Shown here one piece after another: positions 23,991 to 34,279 of a stretch of DNA of 64,000 nucleotides. The position numbers were made by a program, and so were the translations under genes. The stretch comes from a bacterium (lineage in GTDB: Bacteria; UBA8248). Location of the stretch: the NCBI GenBank assembly GCA_965203325.1, contig OZ241875.1, forward strand, positions 3,104,001 to 3,168,000. The letters are read 5' to 3'. How positions within the stretch are numbered: position 1 is the stretch's first letter; each line of letters begins with the position of its first letter. Below the pieces are notes generated by a model. It ran no database searches. It saw only the letters and a list, made by a program, of their open reading frames with translations, and was not told the DNA's origin.

Positions 23991-26900
23991 ATGAGTCAGG
24001 ACGTGGAGAGGTTCACGAGGGCTTGCAACCGGAGTTGGCACCCGCCGCACTCCGTCATTCGTCATCCGGAAGAGGGCGGCATGAGCGCGCAGCGCCCGGC
24101 CGGAACGCGCAAGCCGGCTTCCCAAACCTCGGCTGAGCCCGTCCCGAGTTCATCGAGGGGCTCCCTGCGGCCTGGCGCCCGCACCGGACGCTCCCGCGCC
24201 CGCCGCTTCACCCTCCTCCTTCCCGTCCTCGCGCTGCTGCTCGGCGCGCTCGGCCTGTTCCACGGCGCGCCCGCCGAGGCGCAGACCACCGTCTGGTCCG
24301 CCACGCTGACGGTGGCGGAGAACGGTTCGAACCCTGGCTGCGACAACAACGTGACAGGCGCCGAGTGCAGCTCGGCCTCGGTGCTGACGGACGACGACTT
24401 CACGATCTCGGGCACGGACTGGCAGATAACGACCATATCTGGAATCAGTACTGGCTTTGGGGTTATATTCAACCGTGACGTGTGGACCGCGCTGGACAAC
24501 TACAGCTTCTGCATCGGCACGACGGCGCTGGCGTTCTCGTCCGCCACTCACCCCGGAAGCAACAATTTCGCCATCTGGTCCACCACGGCCGCGTGGTGGA
24601 ACGTCGGCGACACGGTTTCGCTGAGCATCGGCACGTCCTGCGCGCAGCACGACGCGACCCTGTCCGGCCTGGCGGCGTCGAGCAGCACGAGCGCCACGGG
24701 CACGTTCACGGCGCTGGACATCGGCACGTTCGGCGCGTCCACCACGTCCTACGCGGCGTCGGTGGCCAATTCCGTCACCCACGTGAAGCTGACCCCGACG
24801 GCCAGCCACTCTGGCGCCACGGTGGAGGTGGGCAAGGGGTCGAGCCTGACGGCGGTCACGAGCGGCTCGGCGAGCGACGCCATCGCGCTCTCGGTGGGCT
24901 CGAACGAGATCACGGTCGAGGTCACCGCCGCGGACGGCGCCACGAAGAAGACCTACACGGTGACGGTCACGCGGGGGGCAGCGGTGCCCGTCCCGCCGGG
25001 TGACACGACCCTCACGCCGGTGGAGTCAGGTGACAACGCGCCGACGGCGACGACGCTGAGCTTTACGATTGAGTGCGCGGTGGCAGGCTCCGGCAGGCCG
25101 ATCACCGATTACCAAGTGCGCGCGGTGGCCCAGGGCGTCGCGTCGCTGGAGCGCACGTATTACTTCCCGTCGGATAAGTGCGGTTCCAACGGTCCGGTGA
25201 CGCTGACGGGCCTGCCGCTGCGCCCGACGGCGACGATGTGGCGGGTCCGGGCCCGGGCGCGGGCCATACGCGGACACAGAGGGGTTTGGTCGCAAACGGT
25301 CGACTTGGCGACAGTGGCCGACCCGGTGCAGCAGAACGCCGCGCCGCTGACGGCGTCGTTCGCGGGGGTGCCCTCGGAGCATACGGGCAACGGCCGCACG
25401 TTCAGCTTCACGGTGAACTTCAGCGTGTCGCTGGACGGCGGCCAGGCGCCGACCAGACGGTCGTTCGAGACCTCGCACGGCGCGGTCATGCGACTGGTGA
25501 AGGTCTCGGCGATGAAGTGGACGGTGCATGTCCGGCCGATCACGTGGCGCAAGGTCGGGATTGCCCTGCGGGGCGGGCGGAGATGTGACGACCCGCGCGC
25601 GGTGTGCGCGACCGGCGGGCGGGCGCTGGCGAACAGCCCGCAGGCGAGCGTCGGCGGCGCGGCGCGGATCCGGGTGAGCAGCCATTGGGCCCGGGAGGGC
25701 AGAGAAACGCCGGTCCGCTTCGACGTGAAGCTGAGCCGCGTGGTGTCGCACGAGGTGCGGGTGGACTACGCGACGAAGGACGGCGAGGGCATGCTCGGGG
25801 GCAATGCGCCGGCGACGGCGGGTGCGGACTACACCGCGGCCTCCGGCACGCTGGTGTTCGAGGCGGGCGAGACGGCGAAGACGGTCTCGGTGCCGGTGCT
25901 CGACGACGCCATAGGCGAGGGCGCCGAGTATTTCCTGCTGGCGCTGTCGAACCCGCAGGGCGCCCATCTGCCGTTTCGGCAGGTCGAGAAGCCGGGCCTC
26001 ATCACGAACGACGACCCGCTGCAAAGGATGTGGCTCGCGCGCTTCGGGCGCGCGGCGGCGGGCCACGTCGCCGGGGCGATTGACGGGCGCCTGTCGGGCG
26101 GCGCCGCCGCGGGCGTCGTGCTGGGCGGCCACAGCCTCTCAGGCGGCGGGGCGGAGCGCGAGGACCTCGAGTCGCGCCTCGCCGAGGCCCTGATGAAGGA
26201 GAGGGAGGCCCGGCTTGGGCGCGGCGGGGAGGCGCCGGCGTCTTCGGTGCGCGAGGTCGCGATGTCCGATCTCCTCCTCGCGAGTTCGTTTCATATGGCC
26301 TCGGCCAGCGGCGGGGACGCGTCGGGGGGGCGCTGGTCGCTTTGGGGCCGGGGCGCGCGCTCCTCGTTCGAGGGCGCCGAGGGCGATCTCTCGCTGGATG
26401 GCGACGTGACGACGGCGACCGTGGGCTTCGACTACGAGCGGGCGCGCTGGCTGGTGGGCGTGGCGCTCTCGCGAAGCGCGGGCGACGGGTCGTACAAGGC
26501 GGGCGGTGCCTGCGATACGGGCTGCGCGGGCGAGGTGGAGAGCACGCTTACGGGTGTCTACCCCTACGCGCGCTACCGTGTGAGCGGGACGTTCTCGCTC
26601 TGGGGCGCGGTGGGCCACGGGCAGGGGGAGATGACGCTCACGCCCGGGGGGTCGTCCCCGGTGGAGGCCGACGTCGCGATGGGCATGGCGGCGGCCGGGG
26701 CGCGCGGGGTCGTTCTGCCCGCGCGCGAGGCGGGCGGGTTCGAGCTCGCGCTTCGCGCGGACGTCCTGGTGACGAACACGCGCTCGGACGCTGCAGCGGG
26801 CCTGGCGGAGACCGAGGCGCAGACGAGCCGCGTGCGCCTCGTGCTGGAGGGTTCGCGCTCGCTCAGGTTCGGCGATGCGGTGCTGACGCCCTCGCTGGAG

Positions 26901-27428
26901 ATAGGGTTCCGGAACGATTCGGGCGACGCGGAGACGGGCGGCGGGGTGGAGGCCGGCGGCTCGGTCCGCTGGACCTCGGGGGCCCTGACGACGCAGGTGC
27001 GCGCGCGCGGCCTGCTCTCCCACGGCGCCGGCGGTTATGAGGAATGGGGCGTGAGCGCCTCGGTGGCGTACGCTCCCGGCTCCGGGGGACGGGGTCTCAC
27101 GCTTCGGGCGGGCTCCTCGTGGGGCGCGGCCGCGGGCGGTGCGGAGCGGCTCTGGTCGCAGGCGGCGGGCCTGGCGCCTGCCGGTGCGTTCGAGCCGGGC
27201 GTTGCGGGCTTCGAGGCCGAGGCGGCCTGGGGCCTCGACGCCCCGCGCGGGCTGCTGACGCCCTATACGGGCGTGGCGGTCTCGGGGAACGGGGAGACCT
27301 GGCGCGCGGGCGCGCGGTGGAAGCCCGGGGCGGCCACGGAGGTGAGCCTCGAGGCGAGGCTCACCGAACAGGCGGGCGGCGGGAGACCAGAAGGCGGCCT
27401 CCTGCTCAGAGGCTCGAAGCGGTGGTAG
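23991..27428 (+). CDS. Large surface protein: signal peptide, cadherin-like beta-sandwich, FN3-like and Calx-beta domains, C-terminal autotransporter-like barrel
   Basis: DATLSGL...L.VG.N.ITVEVTAADG.TKKTYTVTVTR; VDYAT.DG...ATAGADYTAASGTLVF.AGET.KTVSVPVLDD; beta-strand-rich C-terminus ending in W; true start may be 24081. Confidence 0.8.
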   Translation: MSQDVERFTRACNRSWHPPHSVIRHPEEGGMSAQRPAGTRKPASQTSAEPVPSSSRGSLRPGARTGRSRARRFTLLLPVLALLLGALGLFHGAPAEAQTTVWSATLTVAENGSNPGCDNNVTGAECSSASVLTDDDFTISGTDWQITTISGISTGFGVIFNRDVWTALDNYSFCIGTTALAFSSATHPGSNNFAIWSTTAAWWNVGDTVSLSIGTSCAQHDATLSGLAASSSTSATGTFTALDIGTFGASTTSYAASVANSVTHVKLTPTASHSGATVEVGKGSSLTAVTSGSASDAIALSVGSNEITVEVTAADGATKKTYTVTVTRGAAVPVPPGDTTLTPVESGDNAPTATTLSFTIECAVAGSGRPITDYQVRAVAQGVASLERTYYFPSDKCGSNGPVTLTGLPLRPTATMWRVRARARAIRGHRGVWSQTVDLATVADPVQQNAAPLTASFAGVPSEHTGNGRTFSFTVNFSVSLDGGQAPTRRSFETSHGAVMRLVKVSAMKWTVHVRPITWRKVGIALRGGRRCDDPRAVCATGGRALANSPQASVGGAARIRVSSHWAREGRETPVRFDVKLSRVVSHEVRVDYATKDGEGMLGGNAPATAGADYTAASGTLVFEAGETAKTVSVPVLDDAIGEGAEYFLLALSNPQGAHLPFRQVEKPGLITNDDPLQRMWLARFGRAAAGHVAGAIDGRLSGGAAAGVVLGGHSLSGGGAEREDLESRLAEALMKEREARLGRGGEAPASSVREVAMSDLLLASSFHMASASGGDASGGRWSLWGRGARSSFEGAEGDLSLDGDVTTATVGFDYERARWLVGVALSRSAGDGSYKAGGACDTGCAGEVESTLTGVYPYARYRVSGTFSLWGAVGHGQGEMTLTPGGSSPVEADVAMGMAAAGARGVVLPAREAGGFELALRADVLVTNTRSDAAAGLAETEAQTSRVRLVLEGSRSLRFGDAVLTPSLEIGFRNDSGDAETGGGVEAGGSVRWTSGALTTQVRARGLLSHGAGGYEEWGVSASVAYAPGSGGRGLTLRAGSSWGAAAGGAERLWSQAAGLAPAGAFEPGVAGFEAEAAWGLDAPRGLLTPYTGVAVSGNGETWRAGARWKPGAATEVSLEARLTEQAGGGRPEGGLLLRGSKRW

Positions 27429-27561
27429 GGGCGGACCCGGGGGTAGCGCAGGCCGTTCCTCCCGGCCCGCTTCATCGCTATCCCCCTCCCGGCGGGTCGT
27501 CTCGCCGGCGGGCGGCGGGAGGGGGCGCGCATCCCGCTCTCCCGCCCGTTTTCAGACGGCG

Positions 27562-28353
27562 GTGGTGCTTTCCCTTCTCTGCCGGGTGTGGCAGGCTTGG
27601 AGAAGCTTGCTACCGCCCGCAAGGAGCGAACCCCTCATGCGCAAGTGGCACCTCGTGCGCAAATGGCCCCGGCCCCCGGAGAAACCCGCTCCGGTTCCCT
27701 TGAACCCCGATGCGATGGACGAGGTCTGCTCGATCCTGGCGGAGGAGTTCGACGAACCCGGCGTGGTACTCGCCCGGTACACGGTGCATTTCCCCGGCTG
27801 GGCGCGGCGCGAGTTCGAGAGCGTGGAGAGCATAATCCAGGAGATGAAGCGCAAACATGCGCCCCTGCTTGACGTGATCAGAAGCTACCATGTGCGGATT
27901 TATGACGGGAGACAGCACATCGATATCGAGTACCGCCGCCTGTGGTTGTTCGACTTCCTGCGCACAGGAGCGGAGGGAGGGGATAAAGCGTGGCGTGCCC
28001 GTGCGGCCGCGGCTGCGTCGCACGCGCTGGAGGGCCGCGGCGAGCGCTACCTGGAAGGGGATTTCCCTGTCTTGCTCCAGGGGACGTTCTGGCTGGCGTT
28101 CCAGGCGTTTTCGGGAATAACCCTGCTGTATCTGTGGGCCGGCGGCGGGGCGGACGCGTGGCTCCTGTGGATGGGCGCCGCTGCCTTCGCACTGGCGGCG
28201 GCCACGTTCGCGCCCGGCCTGACAAGCCGCATGTTCCCTTCCGGAAGCGGCCGGGGGACAGGCGTTTTTCTACGCCGCCTCTGCGGCGTGGTGACAGTGC
28301 TTTCGAGCATCTTTGCGGCGGCCCTGGCGATGTACGGCCTCTCGGGCCTTTGA
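27562..28353 (+). CDS. Hypothetical membrane protein
   Basis: About three hydrophobic C-terminal segments; start uncertain; no family recognised. Confidence 0.5.
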   Translation: MVLSLLCRVWQAWRSLLPPARSEPLMRKWHLVRKWPRPPEKPAPVPLNPDAMDEVCSILAEEFDEPGVVLARYTVHFPGWARREFESVESIIQEMKRKHAPLLDVIRSYHVRIYDGRQHIDIEYRRLWLFDFLRTGAEGGDKAWRARAAAAASHALEGRGERYLEGDFPVLLQGTFWLAFQAFSGITLLYLWAGGGADAWLLWMGAAAFALAAATFAPGLTSRMFPSGSGRGTGVFLRRLCGVVTVLSSIFAAALAMYGLSGL

Positions 28354-28419
28354 GCGCATCGTCGGGCGGGACGCCGCCTCGCAAATCGCATCCGCATCGG
28401 TCGCATCGTTCTTCTGACG

Positions 28420-28623
28420 CTTGACGAAGCGCCCCTACGCCATCCTTTCGGAGAGATCACAACACTCGTCATTCCGGCCACCGACCCCGTAGGGACAGGT
28501 CGCGGCCTCGGACAGGCGCAGGGCCCCGTCCGCGACAGATGCGATTCGGCTTTGTTCGTCATTCCGGCTTTCGCCGGAATGACGGTGGTTTTCCCACATC
28601 GGGGGGCTTTTCCAACACCCCCC
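28420..28623. repeat. REP/palindrome cluster
   Basis: GAAGCGCCCCTAC, GTAGGGACAGGTCGCG, CGTCATTCCGGC-TTTC-GCCGGAATGACG (28557-28584), CTTTTCCAACACCCC. Confidence 0.7.
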
Positions 28624-28716
28624 GCATCCGTCCCCGCGTTGCCGCTCTTATCTTGAAGAGCGTATAATCGCGCCCCATCAAGCGGACTTCACCGCCCCCT
28701 CACCGAAGGAAATCCC

Positions 28717-29568
28717 TTGGCATCCGACTACGCCCTCTCCGCACATCTGTTCGCCTACGAGGCGCTCCGCTTCGGGCACTTGAAAGAAGCGGCCGAGGCC
28801 GGTTTCGGGAAAATCGAGTTGTGGGCGATGACGCCCAATTTCGACGTGGGAGATGAGGCCAAGATCAAGGCCCTCAAAGGCTGGATGACGGATCTCTCCC
28901 TCTCGACACCCTCCTTCCATGCGCCTTTTTACGCGGATTTAAGCGATGCCAGAGCCGGACGCTGGCTCTCTCTCGCCGCTCCCGATGCAGATGCACGCGC
29001 AGAAGCGCTTCAGAAAACGATTCAGGCCCTGCGCACCTCCCGTCCCCTAGGGGCGAGAATCGCCGTCATCCACCCGAGCGCGCCGGGCAAAGCGGGGGAC
29101 GGGGACACCTGCGAGGCGTTGGAAGCGAGCATCGAACGGCTCCTGCCCCTGGCGGAGGAGACCGACGCCGTCCTGGCGCTTGAGAACATTCCCTCCGCTC
29201 TGGGCCGCGCGGAGCCGCTCGCCGATTTCGTCTCCCGCATCGACCACCCGAGGCTCAAAATCTGCATCGACACCGGCCACGCCCTCATCACCGAGGGAGA
29301 TGAGACCCAAAAGGCCGTCGAGCGGCTGGCGCCCATGTGCATCGCGACGCATCTGCATGACAACGACGGGCGAAACGACGCGCACCTGATACCCGGCGAG
29401 GGCGCGTTCGAGTGGCCCTCTTTCTTCGCGGCGCTCGACGCCCGAGGCTACTCGGGAACGCTCGCGCTCGAACTCAGAAGAAAAGACGAACCTTACGCCG
29501 AGACGCTGGCCGACGCAGCGCGCGCCATGAAGACGCTCACTCCACATATCAAGCCGAGTCCCGCATGA
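28717..29568 (+). CDS. Sugar phosphate isomerase/epimerase (AP endonuclease 2 TIM barrel)
   Basis: GF..IEL, SFHAPF, LALEN, ICIDTGHA, HLHDNDG..D.HL.PGEG. Confidence 0.85.
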   Translation: MASDYALSAHLFAYEALRFGHLKEAAEAGFGKIELWAMTPNFDVGDEAKIKALKGWMTDLSLSTPSFHAPFYADLSDARAGRWLSLAAPDADARAEALQKTIQALRTSRPLGARIAVIHPSAPGKAGDGDTCEALEASIERLLPLAEETDAVLALENIPSALGRAEPLADFVSRIDHPRLKICIDTGHALITEGDETQKAVERLAPMCIATHLHDNDGRNDAHLIPGEGAFEWPSFFAALDARGYSGTLALELRRKDEPYAETLADAARAMKTLTPHIKPSPA

Positions 29569-30581
29569 AGGCGAACCTCGTGGAGCAGACGCATGAGCGA
29601 CTGAAAACACTGGCGCGCGATTATTTCGGCGCCGGGGTCTCCTCTCTCACGCCGCTTCAAGGGGACGCCTCGACGCGCGACTACGTCCGCCTCACGCACC
29701 CTGGCGGCGCACGCCTAAGTTCGGTCGGCATGATTATGCCGGAACCTTTCTCGAAAGAGACGCTCCCATTCATCGACGTGTGCGCGCATTTTGGTGAGAT
29801 CGGCGTCAGGGTCCCTGAGATTTTCGGGATGGACGAGGAGTCGGGCGTCATCCTTTTAGAGGACTGCGGCGATGAATCGCTCGAAGACGCATGGCGGCGC
29901 GGCGAATGGGAGGAAGCCGGGCCGCATTACGACGCCGCGCTCGACATGATGGCCGCCATGCAGGAAGCCCCGGTCGCGCCCGCAGGCGGGAGAATCGCGC
30001 TCGCGCGGCGCTTCGACGCGGCGTTTTTCACGAACGAACTCCACCACACGCGCAAATACGCCTTCGAGAGCCTCCTGGGGATGGCGACGGATGAGCGCGC
30101 GTTGGATTCGGCGTTCCGCTCATTGTGCGAAGAAATCTGCCGGATTCCCTTTCGCCTCACGCACCGCGACTACCACAGCAGGAACCTGATGGTGCTGGAT
30201 GATGCGGTGATCGCCATCGATTTTCAGGACGCGCGCATGGGACCGGTCACCTACGATCTGGCCTCTCTCGTCTTCGACAGCTACGTCGATTTGGAAGCCG
30301 GCGCACGGGAATACCTCATCACGCGCTACTGGGAGACTTGCGGCCAACGCCTCTTCTCGGCTAAAGAAGAATACGAACGCGCCCTGCGCGGGACAGCCAT
30401 ACAACGAAACCTGAAGGCCATCGGCACGTTCGCCTATCAGAAGGCGGCCCGCGGGGCGGAACGCTATCTGGAGAGCATTCCGCATACCGTCCGGATGGTG
30501 GAGAGACATTTCGAAAAAAGGAGGGACTTGGGGCCTCTTCATGCTTCGCTCAAGCCCTTCCTGGACGCGCTTCTCAAGTAA
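29565..30581 (+). CDS. amgK: APH-family phosphotransferase, AmgK-like (MurNAc/GlcNAc anomeric kinase)
   Basis: GDAS.R.Y.R, LEDCG, HRDYHSRNLM, IDFQDARMGP..YDLASL, QRNLKAIGTF. Confidence 0.75.
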   Translation: MKANLVEQTHERLKTLARDYFGAGVSSLTPLQGDASTRDYVRLTHPGGARLSSVGMIMPEPFSKETLPFIDVCAHFGEIGVRVPEIFGMDEESGVILLEDCGDESLEDAWRRGEWEEAGPHYDAALDMMAAMQEAPVAPAGGRIALARRFDAAFFTNELHHTRKYAFESLLGMATDERALDSAFRSLCEEICRIPFRLTHRDYHSRNLMVLDDAVIAIDFQDARMGPVTYDLASLVFDSYVDLEAGAREYLITRYWETCGQRLFSAKEEYERALRGTAIQRNLKAIGTFAYQKAARGAERYLESIPHTVRMVERHFEKRRDLGPLHASLKPFLDALLK

Positions 30582-30596
30582 AGGAGTCATCCCCTT

Positions 30597-31190
30597 TTGG
30601 ATTTCCTCAAAAACACGTTCCTCACGTCGGTGGAGCTTTGTCTCTACGACTTTCTGCACACAGAAGAAATACCGCCGAGCGAGGCGAGGATCGAGGTGGA
30701 GCACATCATCCTCGAAGCCGCGTCGGAGAACCGCCACCTCATCACCGACGTCCAGGGCGAGAGCCTGACGGCGCGGCGCTTCGAGCGGGGCGAGAAGTGC
30801 TTCGTCGCACTCGAAGACGGCAAGGCGGTGAGCTACATCTGGGGTGCGCGCGGCGTGGTGGGCGTGGAGGAGATCGACAAGGCCGTGAAGCCCGAGCCTA
30901 AGGAAATCTATCTCTACGACGCCTTCACGCTGGAGCCCTGGCGGGGGCGGAACCTCTACCCCGCCGTGCTCCGGCGCGCGCTCGAATACGCCGAGGGGCT
31001 GGGCCTCATACGCTCTCTCATCTTCGTGGAGGCGAGCAACACGGCTTCGAGGCGCGGCGTGGACAAGGCGGGCTTCATCCAGTTTCAGACGCTCTACTAC
31101 AACCGGTTTTTCGTCTTCGGCCGCTCGAACCTCTCGGACCCCCTGGAGGGACACCCGACGGCCACGTTCGTCGGGCTGGAGTTCGCGTAG
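30597..31190 (+). CDS. GNAT family N-acetyltransferase
   Basis: YDAFT..PWRGRNL and N.AS.RG..KAGF. Confidence 0.8.
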   Translation: MDFLKNTFLTSVELCLYDFLHTEEIPPSEARIEVEHIILEAASENRHLITDVQGESLTARRFERGEKCFVALEDGKAVSYIWGARGVVGVEEIDKAVKPEPKEIYLYDAFTLEPWRGRNLYPAVLRRALEYAEGLGLIRSLIFVEASNTASRRGVDKAGFIQFQTLYYNRFFVFGRSNLSDPLEGHPTATFVGLEFA

Positions 31191-31240
31191 CGGCGGAATC
31201 AGCGCGCGCCCACGGGCGCGATGGATGCGAAGGAATCCCG

Positions 31241-32260
31241 ATGTCGCAAAGCTCATGCTCCTCATTGCAGATAGAAGCCTTCACGTCTCCCGAGGCGTTC
31301 AAAGAGCTCGAATCCGAGTGGCGTGCGCTGATGGCGCGCTCCGCCCACGCGCACCCGTTCTACGACCCCGCGTGGCACGCCGCGTGGTGGCGGAACTTCG
31401 GCGCGGGCGAGCTGCGCGTCTACACCCTGCGCGATGAGAACGGCGCGCTCACGGGCGTGGCCCCCTTCGTCCTGAGCGAGGGCGGGCGCCTGCGCCTGAC
31501 GGGCGGGGATGACCTCTCTGATTACCTCGACATCATCGCCGCGGACGGGGCGCACCTCGCCTGCTGGCGGGCGGTTCTCGCCGCCCTGGACGAGCCGGAC
31601 GCGCCCGAATGGCGCGAACTCTCCCTGCGCGGAATTCCCGAAGCCTCCCCCACCGTCGCGGCGATAGAGGAGTTGGCGGGCGGGGCGGTTTCGATATCCG
31701 AAGAAGAAGTCTGTCCCGTCATCGCGCTTCCCGACTCGTGGGATGAATACACCGGTATGCTCGCGCCGCGGGACGAACGCGACCTGAGGCGGAAGATTCG
31801 CAAGGCCAACATGGAGGCGGGGCTGGAATATGAGCGGACGGAATCGGCGGACACCCTCGCCTCCAATCTGGAAGACTTCATCACCCTTCACGCGCTGAGC
31901 CAGCCGGAGAAGGCGGATTTCTGGAACGCGGACAGGAGGGCTTTTTTTGAGGACGTGACCCGGGCGATGCTCGAACTCGGCTGTCTGGAACTCTCGATCA
32001 TGCGTGTGGACGGCCACCCCGTCGCCGCCAATCTCTCCTTCGATTACGGCGACAGGATATATCTCTACAACTCGGGCTTCGACCCGGTGGAACACGAACT
32101 GAGCGGGGGTCTGGTGCTGCTCGCCCACAACGTGGACGAGGCGATTCAGGCGGGGCGCTCCAGCTTCGACCTCTTGCGGGGCGATGAGGCCTACAAGTAC
32201 CGCTTCGGCGCGCGGGATGAGCGCGTGATGCGCGTGTCGATCAAGAGGAGTAGCGAATGA
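31241..32260 (+). CDS. GNAT family acyltransferase (Acetyltransf_6, CelD/BcsL-like)
   Basis: W...WW..FG, SDYLD.I, LP.SWDEY...L, YNSGFD, FDLLRGDE.YKYRFG. Confidence 0.8.
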   Translation: MSQSSCSSLQIEAFTSPEAFKELESEWRALMARSAHAHPFYDPAWHAAWWRNFGAGELRVYTLRDENGALTGVAPFVLSEGGRLRLTGGDDLSDYLDIIAADGAHLACWRAVLAALDEPDAPEWRELSLRGIPEASPTVAAIEELAGGAVSISEEEVCPVIALPDSWDEYTGMLAPRDERDLRRKIRKANMEAGLEYERTESADTLASNLEDFITLHALSQPEKADFWNADRRAFFEDVTRAMLELGCLELSIMRVDGHPVAANLSFDYGDRIYLYNSGFDPVEHELSGGLVLLAHNVDEAIQAGRSSFDLLRGDEAYKYRFGARDERVMRVSIKRSSE

Positions 32261-33561
32261 ACGCCGGGGCGGCCCGTCTCGCCATCCTCTCGATGCACAC
32301 CGACCCTCTCGCTCCCCTGGGGGGCGACTTCACGGGCGGGATGAACGTCTACGCCCGCGAGGTGGCGAAGGCGCTCGCGAGCTTGGGCGTCGGTGCGGAC
32401 GTCTTCACACGACTGGAATCGGATGCAAGCGCTCGCGAAGTTCCGCTGGCAGACGGCGCCCGCCTCATCCGGGTCGAAGCGGGGCCCAGGATAAGACTCG
32501 ATAAGGACGCGCAAGTCGAACACGCCGACGCCTTCGCTGAGGCAATACTCGCATTCGTGCAAAAAAACGGGGCGCATTATGACGGCGTGTCCGCGCACTA
32601 CTGGCTTTCGGGCCTTGCGGGCGAGAAGTTAAGCAAAGCGTGGGGCGTCCCCCTCGCCGTTCGCTTCCACACCCTGGCCGCGCTCAAAAACGACGCGCTG
32701 CCGCGTGACACCAGGCGAGAGTCGGAGGCGCGGCTGGCGAGTGAACCCCGGCTCGCACAGGCGGCGGACGCGGTTCTGGCCTCATCGCCCGCCGAGGCGC
32801 GCGCAATCAGCGAAATATCGGGCGGGTCGGAAATCCACGTCGTCCCTTGCGGCGTGGACCCCGATACGTTCAGGCCCCATCCAAAGGATGAGGCGCGCAA
32901 ACGTCTGAGGCTTGCGGAGAATATCTCCTATCTCCTGAGCGTGGGCCGCATCGAACGCGTGAAGGGTCTCGACCGCTTGATCGAGGCCTTCGCCGTCATC
33001 ACCCGAGAGCGGCCGGAACTCGATGCGCGTCTTTTGCACCTGGGCGGTGAGATAAAAGAAGGCGCGGTGAGAGCCGGAGAAAGCTATCGCGCAGAAGATT
33101 TCGCCTCGCCCGCGCAGGGGGCCGAAGTCGCGCGTCTGGAAGACCTGGCAGGGAAACTCGGAATCGCGGATCGCATCACCTTCCTGGGCGCGAAGCCGCA
33201 GGAGGCGCTTCCTCTTTATTATTCCGCCGCCGACCTCTTCGCCCTGCCGTCCCGATATGAGAGCTTCGGCATGACGGCCGTCGAGGCGGCCGCGTGCGGA
33301 CTGCCGACGCTCGCCTTCGACGTGGGCGGCCTCTCCCAGGCGGTGAGTGAGGGCGTAAGCGGCCACCTCATCGCGGACGGCGATATTCACGCCTATGCAC
33401 AGAAGATGATCCAAGCCCTCGAAAACCCCCGTGAGCGTCCCAATCGAGCGGCGCTTGAATGGGCGGAATCGTTCGCCTGGAGGCGGGTGGCCGAGGCGGA
33501 ACTCGAAATCTGGGCGCGCCTGCGTCAGGGGGCCGCGCTCTCATCACCACACGCATCATAG
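32257..33561 (+). CDS. GT4 glycosyltransferase, MshA-like
   Basis: MHT.PL..LG...TGGMNVY, HYWLSG, FHTLA..K, VGRI..VKG, PSRYESFGM.A.EA.ACG. Confidence 0.85.
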   Translation: MNAGAARLAILSMHTDPLAPLGGDFTGGMNVYAREVAKALASLGVGADVFTRLESDASAREVPLADGARLIRVEAGPRIRLDKDAQVEHADAFAEAILAFVQKNGAHYDGVSAHYWLSGLAGEKLSKAWGVPLAVRFHTLAALKNDALPRDTRRESEARLASEPRLAQAADAVLASSPAEARAISEISGGSEIHVVPCGVDPDTFRPHPKDEARKRLRLAENISYLLSVGRIERVKGLDRLIEAFAVITRERPELDARLLHLGGEIKEGAVRAGESYRAEDFASPAQGAEVARLEDLAGKLGIADRITFLGAKPQEALPLYYSAADLFALPSRYESFGMTAVEAAACGLPTLAFDVGGLSQAVSEGVSGHLIADGDIHAYAQKMIQALENPRERPNRAALEWAESFAWRRVAEAELEIWARLRQGAALSSPHAS

Positions 33562-33579
33562 ACACGGAAGGAAACGCAA

Positions 33580-34272
33580 GTGAGCCAGGAGGAATTCAGA
33601 AACATACTCGTCGTCGTCGCCCACCCCGACGATGCGGAACTCTCCGCGGGAGGTAGCATCGCCCGCTGGACGCGGGAGGGCGCGACCGTGCGGACGGTCG
33701 TCTGTACGAACGGGGACAAGGGCACGAAAGATGAGGTCAGCCCCTTCGACCTCGCCAGGATTCGCGAGGCGGAACAACTCGAAGCCTCCCGCATCCTGGG
33801 CGTCAAGGAGACGCTGTTCCTGCGCCACCGCGACGGGGAACTCGAGGACACGCGCGCGTTCCGGAATCAGATCGCCTTCCTGATACGCCACTTCAAGCCC
33901 GACACCATCCTCACCCACGACCCCTGGCGCACCTACTACCAGCACCCCGACCACCAGGCCATCGGCCACGCCACGTTCAAGGCGGTGGTCTACGCGCGGG
34001 ACCACCATTTTCTGCCCGAACTCACCTACGCCGGCATCGGCGCGCACCACACGAAAAATCTCTTGTTCTTGAACACGCGAGAGCCGAATTTCTTCGTGGA
34101 CATCACCGAGACCTTCGATACGAAAGTCCGCGCGGTGTGCGCACACAAGTGCCAGATCAAAAACCCCGAAGCCTTCGAGAAGCGCACCCGTCAGCGGCTC
34201 GAAGACGCAGGCCGCGCGGCGGGCTTCCCGATAGCGGAGTCTTTCGTCATCACGCGGATGCGCGAAGGCTAG
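33580..34272 (+). CDS. PIG-L family N-deacetylase (MshB/BshB/LmbE-like)
   Basis: AHPDDAE, T.GD.G, R..E...A..ILG, HPDH. Confidence 0.88.
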   Translation: MSQEEFRNILVVVAHPDDAELSAGGSIARWTREGATVRTVVCTNGDKGTKDEVSPFDLARIREAEQLEASRILGVKETLFLRHRDGELEDTRAFRNQIAFLIRHFKPDTILTHDPWRTYYQHPDHQAIGHATFKAVVYARDHHFLPELTYAGIGAHHTKNLLFLNTREPNFFVDITETFDTKVRAVCAHKCQIKNPEAFEKRTRQRLEDAGRAAGFPIAESFVITRMREG

Positions 34273-34279
34273 GGCGCAC

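Noticed and set aside
32257..34272. Definitive mycothiol pathway (mshA/mshB symbols)
   Set aside because: No mshC or ino1 in the window, and family membership does not fix the acceptor
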